Shown: positions 1 through 10,989 of the stretch, piece by piece
Numbering within the stretch: the stretch's first letter is position 1
Layout: every line of letters starts with the position of its first letter
Origin: Corallococcus coralloides
GTDB lineage: Bacteria; Myxococcota; Myxococcia; Myxococcales; Myxococcaceae
Strand: one strand, 5' to 3'
Length of the DNA: 64,000 bases
NCBI RefSeq assembly: GCF_044792175.1
Contig: NZ_CP172866.1
The notes under the pieces: model-generated
Databases searched by the model: none
What the model was told of the DNA's origin: nothing
What the model saw: the letters and a program-made list of their open reading frames with translations, nothing else
Translations under genes and position numbers: made by a program

Positions 1-841
1 GCGCCAGCAGCAGCACCTGCCCGCCCTTCGCCCTGGCCGCGTCCAGCTCCGCGCGCGTCACGCCGCGCATGCCCGTCACGGACACATCCTTCAGCGTCGT
101 GGGCACGCGCATCACCGCGTTGGCCAGGATGACCAGCTTGCCCGCCGTGTCCCAGCCGTCCACGTCCAGCGTGGGGTCCGTCTCCGCGATGCCCAGCGCC
201 TGCGCCTCCGCCAGCGCGGCCTCGTACGTCCGGCCCTCCGCCATGCGGCACAGGAGCAGGTGGCTGGTGCTGTTGAGCACGCCCTCGAACCGGCCCAGCC
301 TGCCGAGCGCCAGGTCCCGGCGGCCCACGTTCACCAGCGGCATGGACGCGCCCACCGCCGCGCTGAAGCGCAGGGGCGGGCGGCCCGGCGACTCCAGGTC
401 GCTCAGGCCCGCCAGCTCCTGGAACCCCAGCACCAGCGGCCCCTTGCTCGCGAGCACCGCCGCCATGCCCCGCATCAGCGCGTTGCGCGTGATGTCCAAC
501 CCGGGCTGCCCGTCCTGGAAGCTCGTGGGCGTGGCCTCCAGCAGCAGGTCCGCCTTCACCTCGCGCACCAGGTCGCGCCCGCTCATCCCCGGACGCCCCA
601 CCACCGGCAGCGACGCCACGGAGTGCCGCGCCCGCTTCACCGCCAGCACCGCCCCGAGGTCCAACCCGTACGGCGACACCGCCGCGCCGCCCGAGTCCGC
701 CAGCCCCACCGGCAGCAGCTCCAGCCGGTAGCGCTCCATCAGGAGCGACGCGCGAGACTGGAGGATCTCCAGGAGCGGCACGCCCACGTTCCCCAGGCCC
801 GTGAGCAGGAAGCGCACCGTGCGGACGGCGCGCGGGTTCAT
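1..841 (-). CDS. hom: Homoserine dehydrogenase, 5'-partial at the window edge (N-terminal ~280 aa present).
   Basis: The minus-strand translation starts MNPRAVRTVRFLLTGLGNVGVP (Rossmann GxGxxG) and later contains the DVDGWDTAGK motif typical of Hom. Its ATG at 839-841 overlaps the stop of the upstream membrane-protein gene (ATGA). It is not in the ORF track because it runs off the window. Confidence 0.55.
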   Translation of the reverse strand, partial: MNPRAVRTVRFLLTGLGNVGVPLLEILQSRASLLMERYRLELLPVGLADSGGAAVSPYGLDLGAVLAVKRARHSVASLPVVGRPGMSGRDLVREVKADLLLEATPTSFQDGQPGLDITRNALMRGMAAVLASKGPLVLGFQELAGLSDLESPGRPPLRFSAAVGASMPLVNVGRRDLALGRLGRFEGVLNSTSHLLLCRMAEGRTYEAALAEAQALGIAETDPTLDVDGWDTAGKLVILANAVMRVPTTLKDVSVTGMRGVTRAELDAARAKGGQVLLLA

Positions 842-1260
842 GGTGCGAAGGCCTCGCGCACGCCATCCCGGCGCAGCGTGAAGAGCATCCACACGGCCAC
901 CGGCACGCCCACGAAGCAGCCCGGCGTCAGCGTGTACATGGCGCAGATGGCGCCCACCGTCGCCAGGCCGTAGCCCTTGAGGTTCATCGCGTTCCACGCG
1001 CCCCAGACGGCCAGCACCCCGCAGAGGATGCCGCCCACGATGGCCAGCGTGAAGCCCGTCGTGAACTCCAGCACCACCGGGGCCTGCCCCGGCGTGGAGA
1101 AGGGCGACGCCACCTTCAGCGCCGCCAGCACCCCGCCCAGCAGGCTGAAGGTGACGTGCAGCACGCCGACGATGAGCAGGAAGAACGCCGGGAAGCGCAC
1201 GATCTGGAAGATCTTGATGCGCGGGTCGCCCGGCGCGAGCTGAGGACCTGGACCGCTCAT
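838..1260 (-). CDS. Small integral membrane protein (~140 aa) sitting between metF and hom.
   Basis: This is the C-terminal portion of ORF 838..1692 (-), with start MSGPGPQLAPGDPRIKIF at 1258-1260. It has three or four hydrophobic helices (LLIVGVLHVTFSLLGGVLAAL and GFTLAIVGGILCGVLAVWGAW). Its ATG overlaps the metF TGA and its own TGA overlaps the hom ATG. Confidence 0.45.
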   Translation of the reverse strand: MSGPGPQLAPGDPRIKIFQIVRFPAFFLLIVGVLHVTFSLLGGVLAALKVASPFSTPGQAPVVLEFTTGFTLAIVGGILCGVLAVWGAWNAMNLKGYGLATVGAICAMYTLTPGCFVGVPVAVWMLFTLRRDGVREAFAP

Positions 1261-2129
1261 GACCGCCCCTTCAGCGCGCCCACGATCATCCGCGTCGCGG
1301 GAGACTTGTTCAGCGTGTAGAAGTGGATGCCCGGCACACCGCGCGCGAGCAGCTCCATGCACTGCACCGTGGCGTGCGCCACGCCCAACTGCACCACGGC
1401 GTCCGGCTGATCCTTCACGCGCTCCATCTGCAACGCCAGCCGCATGGGCACCGTCGCGCCGCACATGCGCGTGAAGCGCTGGACCTGCTCGTAGTTGGTG
1501 ATGGGCATGATGCCGGGGACGATGGGGACGTTGATGCCCACCCGCCGCGCCCGCTCCACGAAGTCGAAGTAGAAGGCGTTGTCGAAGAAGAGCTGCGTCA
1601 CCACGAAGTCCATCCCCGCATCCACCTTGGCCTTCAGGTGCCGCAGGTCGTCCTCGCGCGACGCCGTCTCCACGTGCCCCTCCGGATAGCACGCACCCCC
1701 CAGGCAGAAGTTGAAATCCTCTTCTCGAACGAATCGGACCAACTCCTCGGCGTAGCGGAAGCCCCCCGGCACCGGCTCGAAGGTCGTCTGCCCCTGCGGC
1801 GGGTCCCCGCGCAGGAGGAGCACGTTCTCGATGCCTGCCGCGTCGAGCCGGCGCAGCACGTCACGAAGCTCGTCGCGGGTGTGTCCCACGCACGTCAGGT
1901 GCGCCATCGCCTCGATGCCGGTGCGCTGCTTGATGTGCGTGACCAGGTCCACCGTCCGGTCGCGCGTGCTCCCGCCCGCCCCGTACGTCACCGACACGAA
2001 CCCCGGCTCCAGCGGCGCAAGCTCCTCCACCGTGCGCAGGAGCGAGGCCACGCCCGCGTCCGTCTTGGGAGGAAAAAACTCGAAGGAGAAGCTCGGCTTG
2101 GAGGGGTTGAGGCAGTTGCGAATCTTCAT
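1257..2129 (-). CDS. metF: 5,10-methylenetetrahydrofolate reductase.
   Basis: The 290-aa ORF contains FSFEFFPPKT, FVSVTYGAGGSTR and LTCVGHTRDEL, which are canonical MetF motifs. Confidence 0.9.
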   Translation of the reverse strand: MKIRNCLNPSKPSFSFEFFPPKTDAGVASLLRTVEELAPLEPGFVSVTYGAGGSTRDRTVDLVTHIKQRTGIEAMAHLTCVGHTRDELRDVLRRLDAAGIENVLLLRGDPPQGQTTFEPVPGGFRYAEELVRFVREEDFNFCLGGACYPEGHVETASREDDLRHLKAKVDAGMDFVVTQLFFDNAFYFDFVERARRVGINVPIVPGIMPITNYEQVQRFTRMCGATVPMRLALQMERVKDQPDAVVQLGVAHATVQCMELLARGVPGIHFYTLNKSPATRMIVGALKGRS

Positions 2130-2219
2130 GTCGGGATGAGTTTAGTCCCTTCCGCGTCGGCCTTGATCGGAGAAGGTGCGCCGCTATAGTCCGCGCCGTT
2201 TCACCACCCCCTGCCCACC

Positions 2220-3317
2220 ATGGAGAAGTCAATGACCCGGCGTACGCCCCTCAACGAGGCCCACCGCAAGCTGGGGGCCCGCATGGTCGACTTCGCCGGC
2301 TGGGACATGCCGGTGCAGTACTCGTCCGTCATCGCCGAGCACGAGGCCGTGCGCACCGCCGTCGGCCTCTTCGACGTCTCCCACATGGGAGAAATCGAGT
2401 TCACCGGCCCGGGCGCCCTGGAGACCGTGAACCGGCTCATCTCCAACGACCTCTCCCGCTGCCAGGACGGCCAGGCCGTCTACGCGGGCCTGCTCAACGA
2501 CCTGGGCGGCTTCGTGGATGACGTCGTCGCCTACCGCTTCAACCCCGAGCGCATCCTCATCTGCGTCAACTCCAGCAACCGCGAGAAGGACTTCGCCTGG
2601 ATGAGCGCGCGCGCGGAGGGCGTCAAGCCCGTGGACCGGAGCGACGAGTACGCGCAGATCGCCGTCCAGGGCCCCAGGGCCGTGGGGCTGGTGCAGCGCC
2701 TGACGAAGTCGGACCTGTCCCAGGTGGGCACCTACCGCTTCACCGAAGGGGAGGTGGCCGGCGTGAAGGCCATCATCTCCCGCACGGGCTACACCGGCGA
2801 GGACGGCTTCGAGCTGTACTGCGCCGCCAGCGACGGCGTGAAGCTCTGGGACGCGCTGCTGGAGGCCGGGCAGCCGGACGGCGTGAAGCCCTGCGGCCTG
2901 GGCGCGCGCGACTCGCTGCGCACGGAGATGAAGTACGCGCTGTACGGCAACGACATCGACGACGCGCACACCGCCCTGGAGGCGGGCCTGGGGTGGATCG
3001 TCAAGCTGGACAAGGCGGGCGGCTTCATCGGCAAGGACGCGCTCGTCGCGCAGAAGGCCGCGGGCGTGCCGCGCAAGCTGGTGGGCTTCGAGCTGACCGG
3101 CGCCGGCATCCCGCGCCACGGCTACCCCATCCTCAAGGACGGCGTCCGCGTGGGCGAGGTCACCAGCGGCACGCAGGGCCCCACGGTGAAGAAGCCCATC
3201 GGCATGGGCTACGTGCCCGCGAACCTGGCCACCGAAGGCTCCACCTTCGACGTGGAGATCCGCGGCCGCGCCGTGCCCGCGGTCGTCGTGAAGACCCCCT
3301 TCCTCAAGAAGTCCTGA
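2220..3317 (+). CDS. gcvT: Glycine cleavage system T protein (aminomethyltransferase).
   Basis: The 365-aa ORF reads [37 protein letters not shown] and [10 protein letters not shown]. An alternative ATG lies at 2232. Confidence 0.9.
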   Translation: MEKSMTRRTPLNEAHRKLGARMVDFAGWDMPVQYSSVIAEHEAVRTAVGLFDVSHMGEIEFTGPGALETVNRLISNDLSRCQDGQAVYAGLLNDLGGFVDDVVAYRFNPERILICVNSSNREKDFAWMSARAEGVKPVDRSDEYAQIAVQGPRAVGLVQRLTKSDLSQVGTYRFTEGEVAGVKAIISRTGYTGEDGFELYCAASDGVKLWDALLEAGQPDGVKPCGLGARDSLRTEMKYALYGNDIDDAHTALEAGLGWIVKLDKAGGFIGKDALVAQKAAGVPRKLVGFELTGAGIPRHGYPILKDGVRVGEVTSGTQGPTVKKPIGMGYVPANLATEGSTFDVEIRGRAVPAVVVKTPFLKKS

Positions 3318-3355
3318 TTCCCTCCCATCCGCACCCGTCGCGAGGAGCCGCCTCC

Positions 3356-3739
3356 ATGTCTGACAACATCCCGCAGGACCTGAAGTACACGAAGGAACAC
3401 GAGTGGGCCCGCATCACGGGCAAGACGGTGGTGGTGGGCGTCACGCACCACGCCCAGGAGTCGCTGGGCGACGTCGTCTACGTGGAGCTGCCGAAGCTGG
3501 GCGCCACCCTCACCGAGGGCAAGAACTTCGGCGTCATCGAGTCCACCAAGGCCGTGTCGGACCTGTTCGCGCCCATCTCCGGCACCGTGGTGAAGGTGAA
3601 CGACGCGCTCACGGGCAACCCGTCCCTCATCAACTCCGACCCGTACGGGCAGGGGTGGATCGTGGAGGTCGAGCCCTCGGACGCCGGGCAGGTGGGCAAG
3701 CTCCTGGACGCCGCCGCCTACGAGCCGCTCACCAAGTAG
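3356..3739 (+). CDS. gcvH: Glycine cleavage system H protein, with the lipoyl-lysine motif.
   Basis: The sequence [20 protein letters not shown]...[17 protein letters not shown] (lipoyl-lysine) lies in the frame of ORF 2993..3739 with ATG at 3356. Confidence 0.9.
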   Translation: MSDNIPQDLKYTKEHEWARITGKTVVVGVTHHAQESLGDVVYVELPKLGATLTEGKNFGVIESTKAVSDLFAPISGTVVKVNDALTGNPSLINSDPYGQGWIVEVEPSDAGQVGKLLDAAAYEPLTK

Positions 3740-3851
3740 CCACCGCGCGCGCAAGAAGTCGGGCGTCCCCGTTGTTAGAGACGCTCCATGGAGCGCCGAG
3801 CCCGCTCGGACGCCGAACTTCCTACCGCACCTCACGCGAGCCCCTTCGACC

Positions 3852-6755
3852 ATGTCCCTCAACTGGAAGTACCAGGAGTCCTTCGCCGGCCGGCACATCG
3901 GTCCGGAGACCCCTGAAGTGAAGCAGATGCTGTCCACGCTGGGCGTGGACTCGCTGGACGCCTTCATCGAGTCCGCCGTGCCGCCGGTCATCCGCGCGCA
4001 GGAGCCCCTGCGGCTGCCCGCCGGCAAGGGGGAGAACGAGGTGCTGGCGCAGTTGGAGGCCATCGCCGCGAAGAACCAGGTGTTCCGGTCCTTCATCGGC
4101 ATGGGCTACTCCGACACCCACGTCCCCAACGTCATCCTGCGCAACATCTTCCAGAACCCGGGCTGGTACACCCAGTACACGCCCTACCAGGCGGAGATCG
4201 CCCAGGGCCGGCTGGAGGCGCTGCTCAACTTCCAGACGATGGTGACGGACCTCACCGGCATGGAGGTGGCCAACGCCTCCCTGCTGGACGAAGGCACCGC
4301 CGCGGCGGAGGCCATGGCGCTGGCGATGCACGCCAAGGGCGACAGCACCGGCGGCGCGTTCTTCGTCTCCGACGGCTGCCACCCGCAGACCCTGGACGTG
4401 GTGCGCACGCGCGCCATCCCGCTGGGCGTGGAGGTCGTCGTGGGCGACCACCGCACGGTGGACCTGTCCCAGAAGAAGTTCTTCGGCGCGCTGGTGCAGT
4501 ACCCGGCCACGGACGGCGTGGTGCATGACTACCGCGCGTTCGGTGAGAAGGTGCACGCGGCGGGCGGCCTGCTCGTCGTCGCGGCGGACCTGCTGGCCCT
4601 GACGCTGCTCACGCCCCCGGGCGAGTTCGGCGCGGACGCGGTGGTGGGCAGCGCGCAGCGCTTCGGCGTGCCGCTGGGCTACGGCGGCCCGCACGCCGCC
4701 TACTTCGCCACGAAGAACGCCTACACCCGCGTGATGCCGGGCCGCCTCATCGGCGTGTCCGAGGACGCGCAGGGCCGGCCCGCGCTGCGCATGGCGCTGC
4801 AGACGCGCGAGCAGCACATCCGCCGTGAGAAGGCCACGAGCAACATCTGCACCGCGCAGGTGCTGCTGGCCGTGATGGCCGGCATGTACGCCGTCTACCA
4901 CGGGCCGGAGGGGCTCAAGGCCATCGCGGAGCGCGTGCACGGGCTCACGGTGGTGCTGTCGCGGGGGCTGGCGAAGCTGGGCTTCAAGCCGAAGCACGAG
5001 CAGTTCTTCGACACGCTGCGCGTGGAGCTGACGCCCGCGCAGGTCCGGGGCGTGCTGTCCGCCGCGGAAGCCGCGAAGATGAACTTCCGCCGCATCGACG
5101 AGAAGACGCTCGGCCTGTCGCTCGACGAGACGACGCGCGCCAGGGACGTGGAGGACATCCTCGCGGCCTTCATCCAGGGCGCGAACAAGTCCGCGTCCCC
5201 GGTGAACCTGGACGAGGCCGCCGAGGGCCTGGAGAGCCCGCTCGTCCCCGAGCTGCGCCGCTCGAGCGCGTACCTCACGCACCCCGTCTTCAACCGCTAC
5301 CACTCCGAGACGGAGATGCTGCGGTACGTGCGCCGGCTGGAGGCGAAGGACCTGTCCCTCACGCACTCCATGATTCCGCTGGGGAGCTGCACCATGAAGC
5401 TCAACGCCACCGCGGAGATGATCCCCGTGACGTGGCCCCAGTTCAGCAAGCTGCACCCGTTCGCGCCCACCTCGCAGGCGGCCGGCTACAAGGTCGTCTT
5501 CGAGCAGCTCGAGCACGCGCTGTCCCAGGTGACGGGCTTCGCCGGGTGCTCGCTCCAGCCCAACGCGGGCAGCCAGGGCGAGTACGCGGGCCTGCTCGTC
5601 ATCCGCGCCTACCACCAGGCGCGCGGGCAGGGGCACCGCGACGTGTGCCTCATCCCGTCCTCCGCGCACGGCACCAACCCCGCCTCCGCGGTGATGGCGG
5701 GCTACCGCGTCGTCGTCACGAAGTGCGACGAGAACGGCAACATCGACCTGAGCGACCTGCGCGCCAAGGCGGACGAGCACAAGGACAAGCTCGCCGCCCT
5801 GATGGTGACGTACCCCTCCACGCACGGCGTGTTCGAGGAGGAGATCCGGGAGATCTGCTCCACCATCCACGAGCGCGGCGGCCAGGTGTACATGGACGGC
5901 GCCAACCTCAACGCGCAGGTGGGCCTCACCGCGCCGGGCCTGGTGGGCGCGGACGTCTGCCACATCAACCTGCACAAGACGTTCTGCATCCCGCACGGCG
6001 GTGGCGGCCCGGGCATGGGCCCCATCTGCGTGGCGTCCCACCTGGTGAAGTTCCTCCCCGGGCACCCGGTCATCCAGACGGGCGGGGCGGACGCCATCGG
6101 CGCCATCTCCGCGGCGCCGTGGGGCAGCGCCAGCATCCTGCTCATCTCCTGGATGTACATCCAGATGATGGGCGGCGAGGGCCTGACGCAGGCCACGAAG
6201 ATGGCCATCCTCAACGCCAACTACGTCGCCGAGCGACTCCAGCCGCACTACCCGGTGCTCTACCGGGGCAAGCGCGGCCGGGTGGCCCACGAGTGCATCG
6301 TGGACCTGCGCCCGCTCAAGAAGACCGCGGGCGTGGAGGTGGAGGACGTGGCCAAGCGCCTGATGGACTACGGCTTCCACGCGCCCACCGTGTCGTTCCC
6401 GGTGGCGGGCACGCTGATGATCGAGCCCACGGAGTCCGAGTCCAAGGCGGAGCTGGACCGCTTCTGCGAGGCGATGATCGCCATCCGCCAGGAGATCCGC
6501 GACGTGGAGGAGGGCCGCGCGCCCAAGGACAACAACGTCCTGAAGAACGCGCCGCACACCGCGCGCACGCTCACCGCGCCGGAGTGGAACCGCCCGTACT
6601 CCCGCGAGCAGGCCGTGTTCCCCACGCCGTGGGTGCGGGACAACAAGTTCTGGCCGTCCGTGGGACGCCTGAACAACGTGCTCGGTGACCGCAAGCTGGT
6701 GTGCTCGTGCCCTCCCATCGAGGACTACGACACGCCCGCGCAGAAGGTCGCGTAA
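3852..6755 (+). CDS. gcvP: Glycine dehydrogenase (decarboxylating), single-chain P protein.
   Basis: The 967-aa ORF is GcvP-like along its whole length and contains the PLP-lysine region [16 protein letters not shown]. Confidence 0.92.
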   Translation: MSLNWKYQESFAGRHIGPETPEVKQMLSTLGVDSLDAFIESAVPPVIRAQEPLRLPAGKGENEVLAQLEAIAAKNQVFRSFIGMGYSDTHVPNVILRNIFQNPGWYTQYTPYQAEIAQGRLEALLNFQTMVTDLTGMEVANASLLDEGTAAAEAMALAMHAKGDSTGGAFFVSDGCHPQTLDVVRTRAIPLGVEVVVGDHRTVDLSQKKFFGALVQYPATDGVVHDYRAFGEKVHAAGGLLVVAADLLALTLLTPPGEFGADAVVGSAQRFGVPLGYGGPHAAYFATKNAYTRVMPGRLIGVSEDAQGRPALRMALQTREQHIRREKATSNICTAQVLLAVMAGMYAVYHGPEGLKAIAERVHGLTVVLSRGLAKLGFKPKHEQFFDTLRVELTPAQVRGVLSAAEAAKMNFRRIDEKTLGLSLDETTRARDVEDILAAFIQGANKSASPVNLDEAAEGLESPLVPELRRSSAYLTHPVFNRYHSETEMLRYVRRLEAKDLSLTHSMIPLGSCTMKLNATAEMIPVTWPQFSKLHPFAPTSQAAGYKVVFEQLEHALSQVTGFAGCSLQPNAGSQGEYAGLLVIRAYHQARGQGHRDVCLIPSSAHGTNPASAVMAGYRVVVTKCDENGNIDLSDLRAKADEHKDKLAALMVTYPSTHGVFEEEIREICSTIHERGGQVYMDGANLNAQVGLTAPGLVGADVCHINLHKTFCIPHGGGGPGMGPICVASHLVKFLPGHPVIQTGGADAIGAISAAPWGSASILLISWMYIQMMGGEGLTQATKMAILNANYVAERLQPHYPVLYRGKRGRVAHECIVDLRPLKKTAGVEVEDVAKRLMDYGFHAPTVSFPVAGTLMIEPTESESKAELDRFCEAMIAIRQEIRDVEEGRAPKDNNVLKNAPHTARTLTAPEWNRPYSREQAVFPTPWVRDNKFWPSVGRLNNVLGDRKLVCSCPPIEDYDTPAQKVA

Positions 6756-6783
6756 GGCCAGCTTCGACAGCCGCTGTCACCAG

Positions 6784-6824
6784 GGCCGTCTTCCAGCGCA
6801 CCGGAAGGCGGCCCTCGTGTTTCT
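6784..6824. terminator. Hairpin between convergent gcvP and the CDF transporter gene, a putative bidirectional terminator.
   Basis: The arms ggccgtcttcc and ggaaggcggcc form an 11-bp stem with one G-T wobble and an 8-nt loop, followed by the T-rich run ctcgtgtttct. Confidence 0.4.
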
Positions 6825-7755
6825 AGCGGGCCTTCGCGGGCTCCACGTGGACCACCACGTCCACCACCTGGGGGTAGGCGCCGTGCAGCGTCTCCTCCAC
6901 CTTGTCGGCCACCTCGTGGGCCTGCGAGGTGGTGAGCTGCGGGTCGACCTCAATCTTCAGGTCCACGTAGACGCTCTCCTCCATGCCCCGGCTGCGCACG
7001 TCGCGGCAGGAGCGCACCCCGGCCACGGACAGCGTGTGCTGGGACACCTGCGCCGGGTCCAGGCGCGCGGTGTCGGAGAGGATGCCCACCGCCTGCCGGA
7101 CGATGCCGTAGGCCACCCGCGCCACGAAGACCATCACCGCCAGGGCCACCAGGCCGTCCGCGCGCGGGAAGCCCAGCGCCACCAGGGCGATGGAGCCGAG
7201 CACGGCGATGGTCACGAACACGTCGGACAGCGTGTGCTGCGCGTCCGCGAGCAGCAGCGAGCTCTTGTACTTCTCCCCGTAGTGCCGCTCCACGCGGGTG
7301 ACGGCGAGGTTGATGACGAGCGTGAAGACCATCACCGCCGCCATCGTCACCGTCACCGTGGGGTGCTTGTCGTGCAGGAGCGAGTCGAGCGCCATGCGCC
7401 CCAGCTCCAGCATGCCCACGCCAATCATCGCGCCGATGCCCAGCGACGCGAGCGCCTCGAACTTGCCGTGGCCGTAGGGGTGGTCCGCGTCCGCCGGCCG
7501 CGACGCCACGCCCATGGCGACCAGCCCCAGCACGTTGGAGCCGCCGTCGATGAACGAGTGCAGCCCGTCCGCCGTCACCGACGCGGACTGGGCCATGAGG
7601 CCGAAGACGAGCTTGGCGGCGGCCACCACCCAGTTGGCCCCGAGGATGGCCAAGAGGACGAAGCGGACCTTCCGGTTGCGCTCCTGGAGCGCGGCACTGC
7701 GGTCGACGATGGAGGCTTCCACGGCGGGGCAGGGTAGTGCCTCCGCGCCGTCCAC
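6823..7755 (-). CDS. Cation diffusion facilitator (CDF) family metal efflux transporter.
   Basis: The 310-aa protein has six predicted TM helices, DGLHSFIDGGSNVLGL, HPYGHGKFE, and a C-terminal cytoplasmic domain ending VVDVVVHVEP. Confidence 0.8.
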   Translation of the reverse strand: MDGAEALPCPAVEASIVDRSAALQERNRKVRFVLLAILGANWVVAAAKLVFGLMAQSASVTADGLHSFIDGGSNVLGLVAMGVASRPADADHPYGHGKFEALASLGIGAMIGVGMLELGRMALDSLLHDKHPTVTVTMAAVMVFTLVINLAVTRVERHYGEKYKSSLLLADAQHTLSDVFVTIAVLGSIALVALGFPRADGLVALAVMVFVARVAYGIVRQAVGILSDTARLDPAQVSQHTLSVAGVRSCRDVRSRGMEESVYVDLKIEVDPQLTTSQAHEVADKVEETLHGAYPQVVDVVVHVEPAKAR

Positions 7756-7774
7756 CGCGAGGATTCCTTGAGGC

Positions 7775-9019
7775 CTACTGTCGGAACAGCCGCATCCGGG
7801 GGCCGCCGCCCATCTCCAGGAAGAAGCCGAACTGGAAGCGCACCGTCGCGTCCTGGCCCAGCAGGCCGGACGGCGGGTTGGGGAAGGGCTGCGCGCGCTT
7901 GAAGGACGCCACGGCCTCCATGTCCAGGAAGTCCAGGCCGCTGCTCTTCTCCACCTGGATGTCCTTCACCGCGCCGCGCTCGTCCAGGGTGATGGTGAGC
8001 AGCGTCTGCCGGTCTCGCCCGGAGTAGATGTTCCCCGTCGGGTCGCGCATGCGCAGTTGCTCGTTGGGGTTCCAGTGCATGCCCACGCTCTGCTTCACGC
8101 GGTTGAAGAAGCTGGCGTACTTCCACTCGCGCGTGTTGAGGAAGGTGCCGTCGCCCTCCTCCTGGTCCCGGAGCATGTCGTTGGGCGCCGCGCCCACCAC
8201 CTTGTCCATGGCCGCCTGCGACGGCATCAGCGTGGCCAGGCCCGGGGAGCCCACGCGGCCCGCGGAGCCCTCCTGCTCGCTGTCCTCGCCCTGGCCGGGC
8301 TGGATGCGCAGGCGCTTCGCGTTGCCCTGCGTGGCGTCGCTCTCCGACTGGTTCTTCACCGCCATGCCCGGGCCGCGCTCGCGCGGATCCGTCTTCATGG
8401 CGATCTCCTGCTTGCGGCGCGTCTCCGGCATCTCGAAGACGGGCTTCTTGCCGCCCTGGGACGGGGTCCGGTCGTCCGCGCCCTGGCCGTTGTTGCCCGA
8501 CACGCGCGGAGGCTGCACCTGGTCCTGCGCCGCGCCCTCCTGCTTCTGGGGCGCGGTCCGCTGGGGCATGGCGTTGCGGTAGTGGGCCGTCTGCTCCCGC
8601 GCCCGCGTCTCCTTCTCCACCGTGTTGTTGTGCTCGGCCAGGTACTTCGCGTCCGGGGACTGCTGATCATTCCCCGGCGCCACGTCCACCACCTGGCCCT
8701 GGGGCTTCGTCTCGTCCGGCTTCTTCTCTTCCTTCGGCTCGCGCTTCTCCGTGGGGCGGGGCTTCGTCTGCTGCGGGGTGACGTTCCCCCGGTTCTTCGC
8801 CCACTGGTCCGACGTGAGCGGCCTCACCGCCACGGACGTGGGCCGCGCGGGGCGCTTCTCATGCGGGAGGTTCGCCTGCACGGCCGACACCAGGAGGACG
8901 AAGCCCACGAAGGCGGCCTGGGCCAGGAGCGCCAGGATGCCCGCCACCAGGTAGCGCAAGGGCGCCCGCTGCCTGCGCGCGCGCCGCTGACGCCAGTCTG
9001 TCGAGGAACCCGTGCCCAC
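7775..9019 (-). CDS. TonB-family energy transducer-like protein. It has an N-terminal TM anchor, a Lys/Pro/Glu-rich linker and a TonB C-terminal domain.
   Basis: It has the anchor YLVAGILALLAQAAFVGFVLLV, the linker KPRPTEKREPKEEKKPDETKP, and a C-terminal domain with SSGLDFLDMEAVASFKRAQPFPNPP. It lies 20 nt upstream of the CDF gene on the same strand. Confidence 0.6.
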   Translation of the reverse strand: MGTGSSTDWRQRRARRQRAPLRYLVAGILALLAQAAFVGFVLLVSAVQANLPHEKRPARPTSVAVRPLTSDQWAKNRGNVTPQQTKPRPTEKREPKEEKKPDETKPQGQVVDVAPGNDQQSPDAKYLAEHNNTVEKETRAREQTAHYRNAMPQRTAPQKQEGAAQDQVQPPRVSGNNGQGADDRTPSQGGKKPVFEMPETRRKQEIAMKTDPRERGPGMAVKNQSESDATQGNAKRLRIQPGQGEDSEQEGSAGRVGSPGLATLMPSQAAMDKVVGAAPNDMLRDQEEGDGTFLNTREWKYASFFNRVKQSVGMHWNPNEQLRMRDPTGNIYSGRDRQTLLTITLDERGAVKDIQVEKSSGLDFLDMEAVASFKRAQPFPNPPSGLLGQDATVRFQFGFFLEMGGGPRMRLFRQ

Positions 9020-9137
9020 GGCCTGATGATAAACCTCCGGACCGCTTCTTCAGTCCCGAACGCGCGCCCCGTAACACCCGGGACATCAAAGAGATTCACG
9101 AGACGGCTCGCCGGTTGCGCGATTTGTTCCCTGGACC

Positions 9138-10880
9138 TCAGTAGATGGGGGCCACCTGCGCCCCATTGAAGTAGAAGCGCAGGATCTCCGGATAGGTCTG
9201 GCCCGCCTCCGCCCGGCCGATGGCGCCTGTCTGACACATGCCCACGCCGTGGCCCCAGCCGCCGCCCCGGAACAGCCATCCGGTGAGCCGGCCCTCGGCG
9301 TCCCGCTCGGGCTCCACGGTGGCCATGCTGCTGTTGAGCATCCCGAAGAGCCGCCGGATGTTCAGCTCCCCGCGCACCTGGGTGGCCCCCCGCGTGCCCG
9401 ACAGGGTGAGCAGCCGGGCGCGCCCGGACACCCCGCGCTCGGACAGGGCGAGCCCCTGGATGGACCCCACCCCCAGCTTCTCCGTGAGCGCGTCCACCTG
9501 GGCCTGCGTGAAGCGCTTCTCCCACCGGAACTTCGTGGGCTGCGCGAAGCTGGACAGCCTGCACGCGGCGGGCACGTCCGCCGTCGCCAGCCAGGCCTTG
9601 AGGTTGGACGGGCCGGGCACGTCCGGCGCGGGCTCCAGCAGGTCCGGCCGGCCGCGCAGGCTGGGGTCCGGCGGGCCGCCCCACACCACGTCATTGTCCT
9701 CGGTGTGGCCGCCGCACACGGCGCTGTAGACGGAGTCCACCAGCCGCCCGTCCTGACTGAAGAGCGCCTGGCCCCGGGTGGCCTCCACCGCGGCGGTGGT
9801 GCTGGCCGCCTCGCCGGTGCGGCCCCGGTACACGGCGCAGTGCTGCTCCGAGCAGAGGAGGTATGGATCCGCCAGGTGCTTGATGCCCACCTTCGCCAGC
9901 ACCTCGCCGCGCGCGGTGACGGCCTGGGCCTTGAGCGCCTCCGGGTGCGCGCGCGCGAAGATTTCGGACGGCACCAGCCCCTTGAGCAGGTCCTCCAGGC
10001 CCACCACGTTCACCACCGCGAGCTTGCCGCTCCGGTCCACCGCGAACTGGAGCGCGCCCCGGAAGCTGCGGTCCTCGAAGGCGTGGAAGTCGTAGCCCAC
10101 GCCGTACTCCACCTGCCGCACGTCGAAGCCGCTGCCGTCCGGCGTCTCCGCGTCCAGCCGGTCCTGCGCCAGGCCCACCACGGCGTCGTTCTCGTCCTTC
10201 AGCTCCAGGATGGCGCGGGAGGGCTTGCGGACCTCCTCGAAGAGCGTGGTGCGCAGGCCGTAGCGGCGCAGCAGCTCCGTCTGCTGTTTCGCCGCGGCCT
10301 CGGGCGTCAGCGCCTCCTCCCCCAGCAGGAGGTAGCGCCGGTTGTCGATGACCTTCCCGGCGATGCCGTACACGGAGCCCAGCGTGTGCGTGCGCACCGC
10401 GAGCCCCCGCGCGCGCCACGTCTCCTGCGCCTCCGCGAGCCCCGCCTTGTCCGCGAAGCGGAACTCGCCCAGTTGCAGCCGCGCGCTCCACTGGGCCGGC
10501 TCGCCCTGCGTCACCCGCACCGTCCAGCGCGAGCCCGCGGGCGCGTCCAGCACCTTGTCCCCCGGTCCGCCGAAGCGCAGCCGCATCCGCGCGCGCGGCG
10601 AGAACGTCACGACCTCGCGCCCCTCCATCAGCTTGATGGGGAGGCGCGGCTCGCCGTTGCGGAAGTCCAGGCGCTTCAGGTCCTGCGGCCCGGGCAGACC
10701 CGACGTGAGCGGATCCTCCAGGCCACTCGGGGCAGGGGGCGTCACGCCCGCGTCGGCGGGCTTGGCGGGGACGGAGACCTCCGGCTCGCCCAGGCCCCGG
10801 GTGCTCGGGGCAGGTGAGGGCGCCGGCGTGGCGCAGGAGGCGAGCAGCAGGGCGGTCAGGAGCAGGACGGCTTTGGACAC
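9138..10880 (-). CDS. SpoIID/LytB-domain lipoprotein, a putative lytic-transglycosylase or amidase-enhancer-like protein.
   Basis: It reads DSVYSAVCGGHTEDNDVVWGG (SpoIID signature) and RFWEKRFTQAQVD. The likely GTG start at 10878-10880 gives the lipoprotein signal (M)SKAVLLLTALLLASC. The longer track ORF 9138..11489 has an implausible N-terminal extension. Confidence 0.6.
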   Translation of the reverse strand: MSKAVLLLTALLLASCATPAPSPAPSTRGLGEPEVSVPAKPADAGVTPPAPSGLEDPLTSGLPGPQDLKRLDFRNGEPRLPIKLMEGREVVTFSPRARMRLRFGGPGDKVLDAPAGSRWTVRVTQGEPAQWSARLQLGEFRFADKAGLAEAQETWRARGLAVRTHTLGSVYGIAGKVIDNRRYLLLGEEALTPEAAAKQQTELLRRYGLRTTLFEEVRKPSRAILELKDENDAVVGLAQDRLDAETPDGSGFDVRQVEYGVGYDFHAFEDRSFRGALQFAVDRSGKLAVVNVVGLEDLLKGLVPSEIFARAHPEALKAQAVTARGEVLAKVGIKHLADPYLLCSEQHCAVYRGRTGEAASTTAAVEATRGQALFSQDGRLVDSVYSAVCGGHTEDNDVVWGGPPDPSLRGRPDLLEPAPDVPGPSNLKAWLATADVPAACRLSSFAQPTKFRWEKRFTQAQVDALTEKLGVGSIQGLALSERGVSGRARLLTLSGTRGATQVRGELNIRRLFGMLNSSMATVEPERDAEGRLTGWLFRGGGWGHGVGMCQTGAIGRAEAGQTYPEILRFYFNGAQVAPIY

Positions 10881-10989
10881 GGCGGCGGCACCGTAGCCGC
10901 CATGGGGCCGAGCGTCACGGTTCTCCCTCCCGCTGCGGCGCGTCTGGCCCTGGATGACCGGCAGTGAATAGAACGCCCGACACCGTGCG

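Noticed and set aside
2130-2219. A possible glycine riboswitch upstream of gcvT.
   Set aside because: The divergent metF-gcvT intergenic region is only ~90 nt and lacks the conserved glycine-aptamer core (GGAGAG...CACCGAAGGGGCAA...CTCTGGAGAG). I could not fit even one aptamer.
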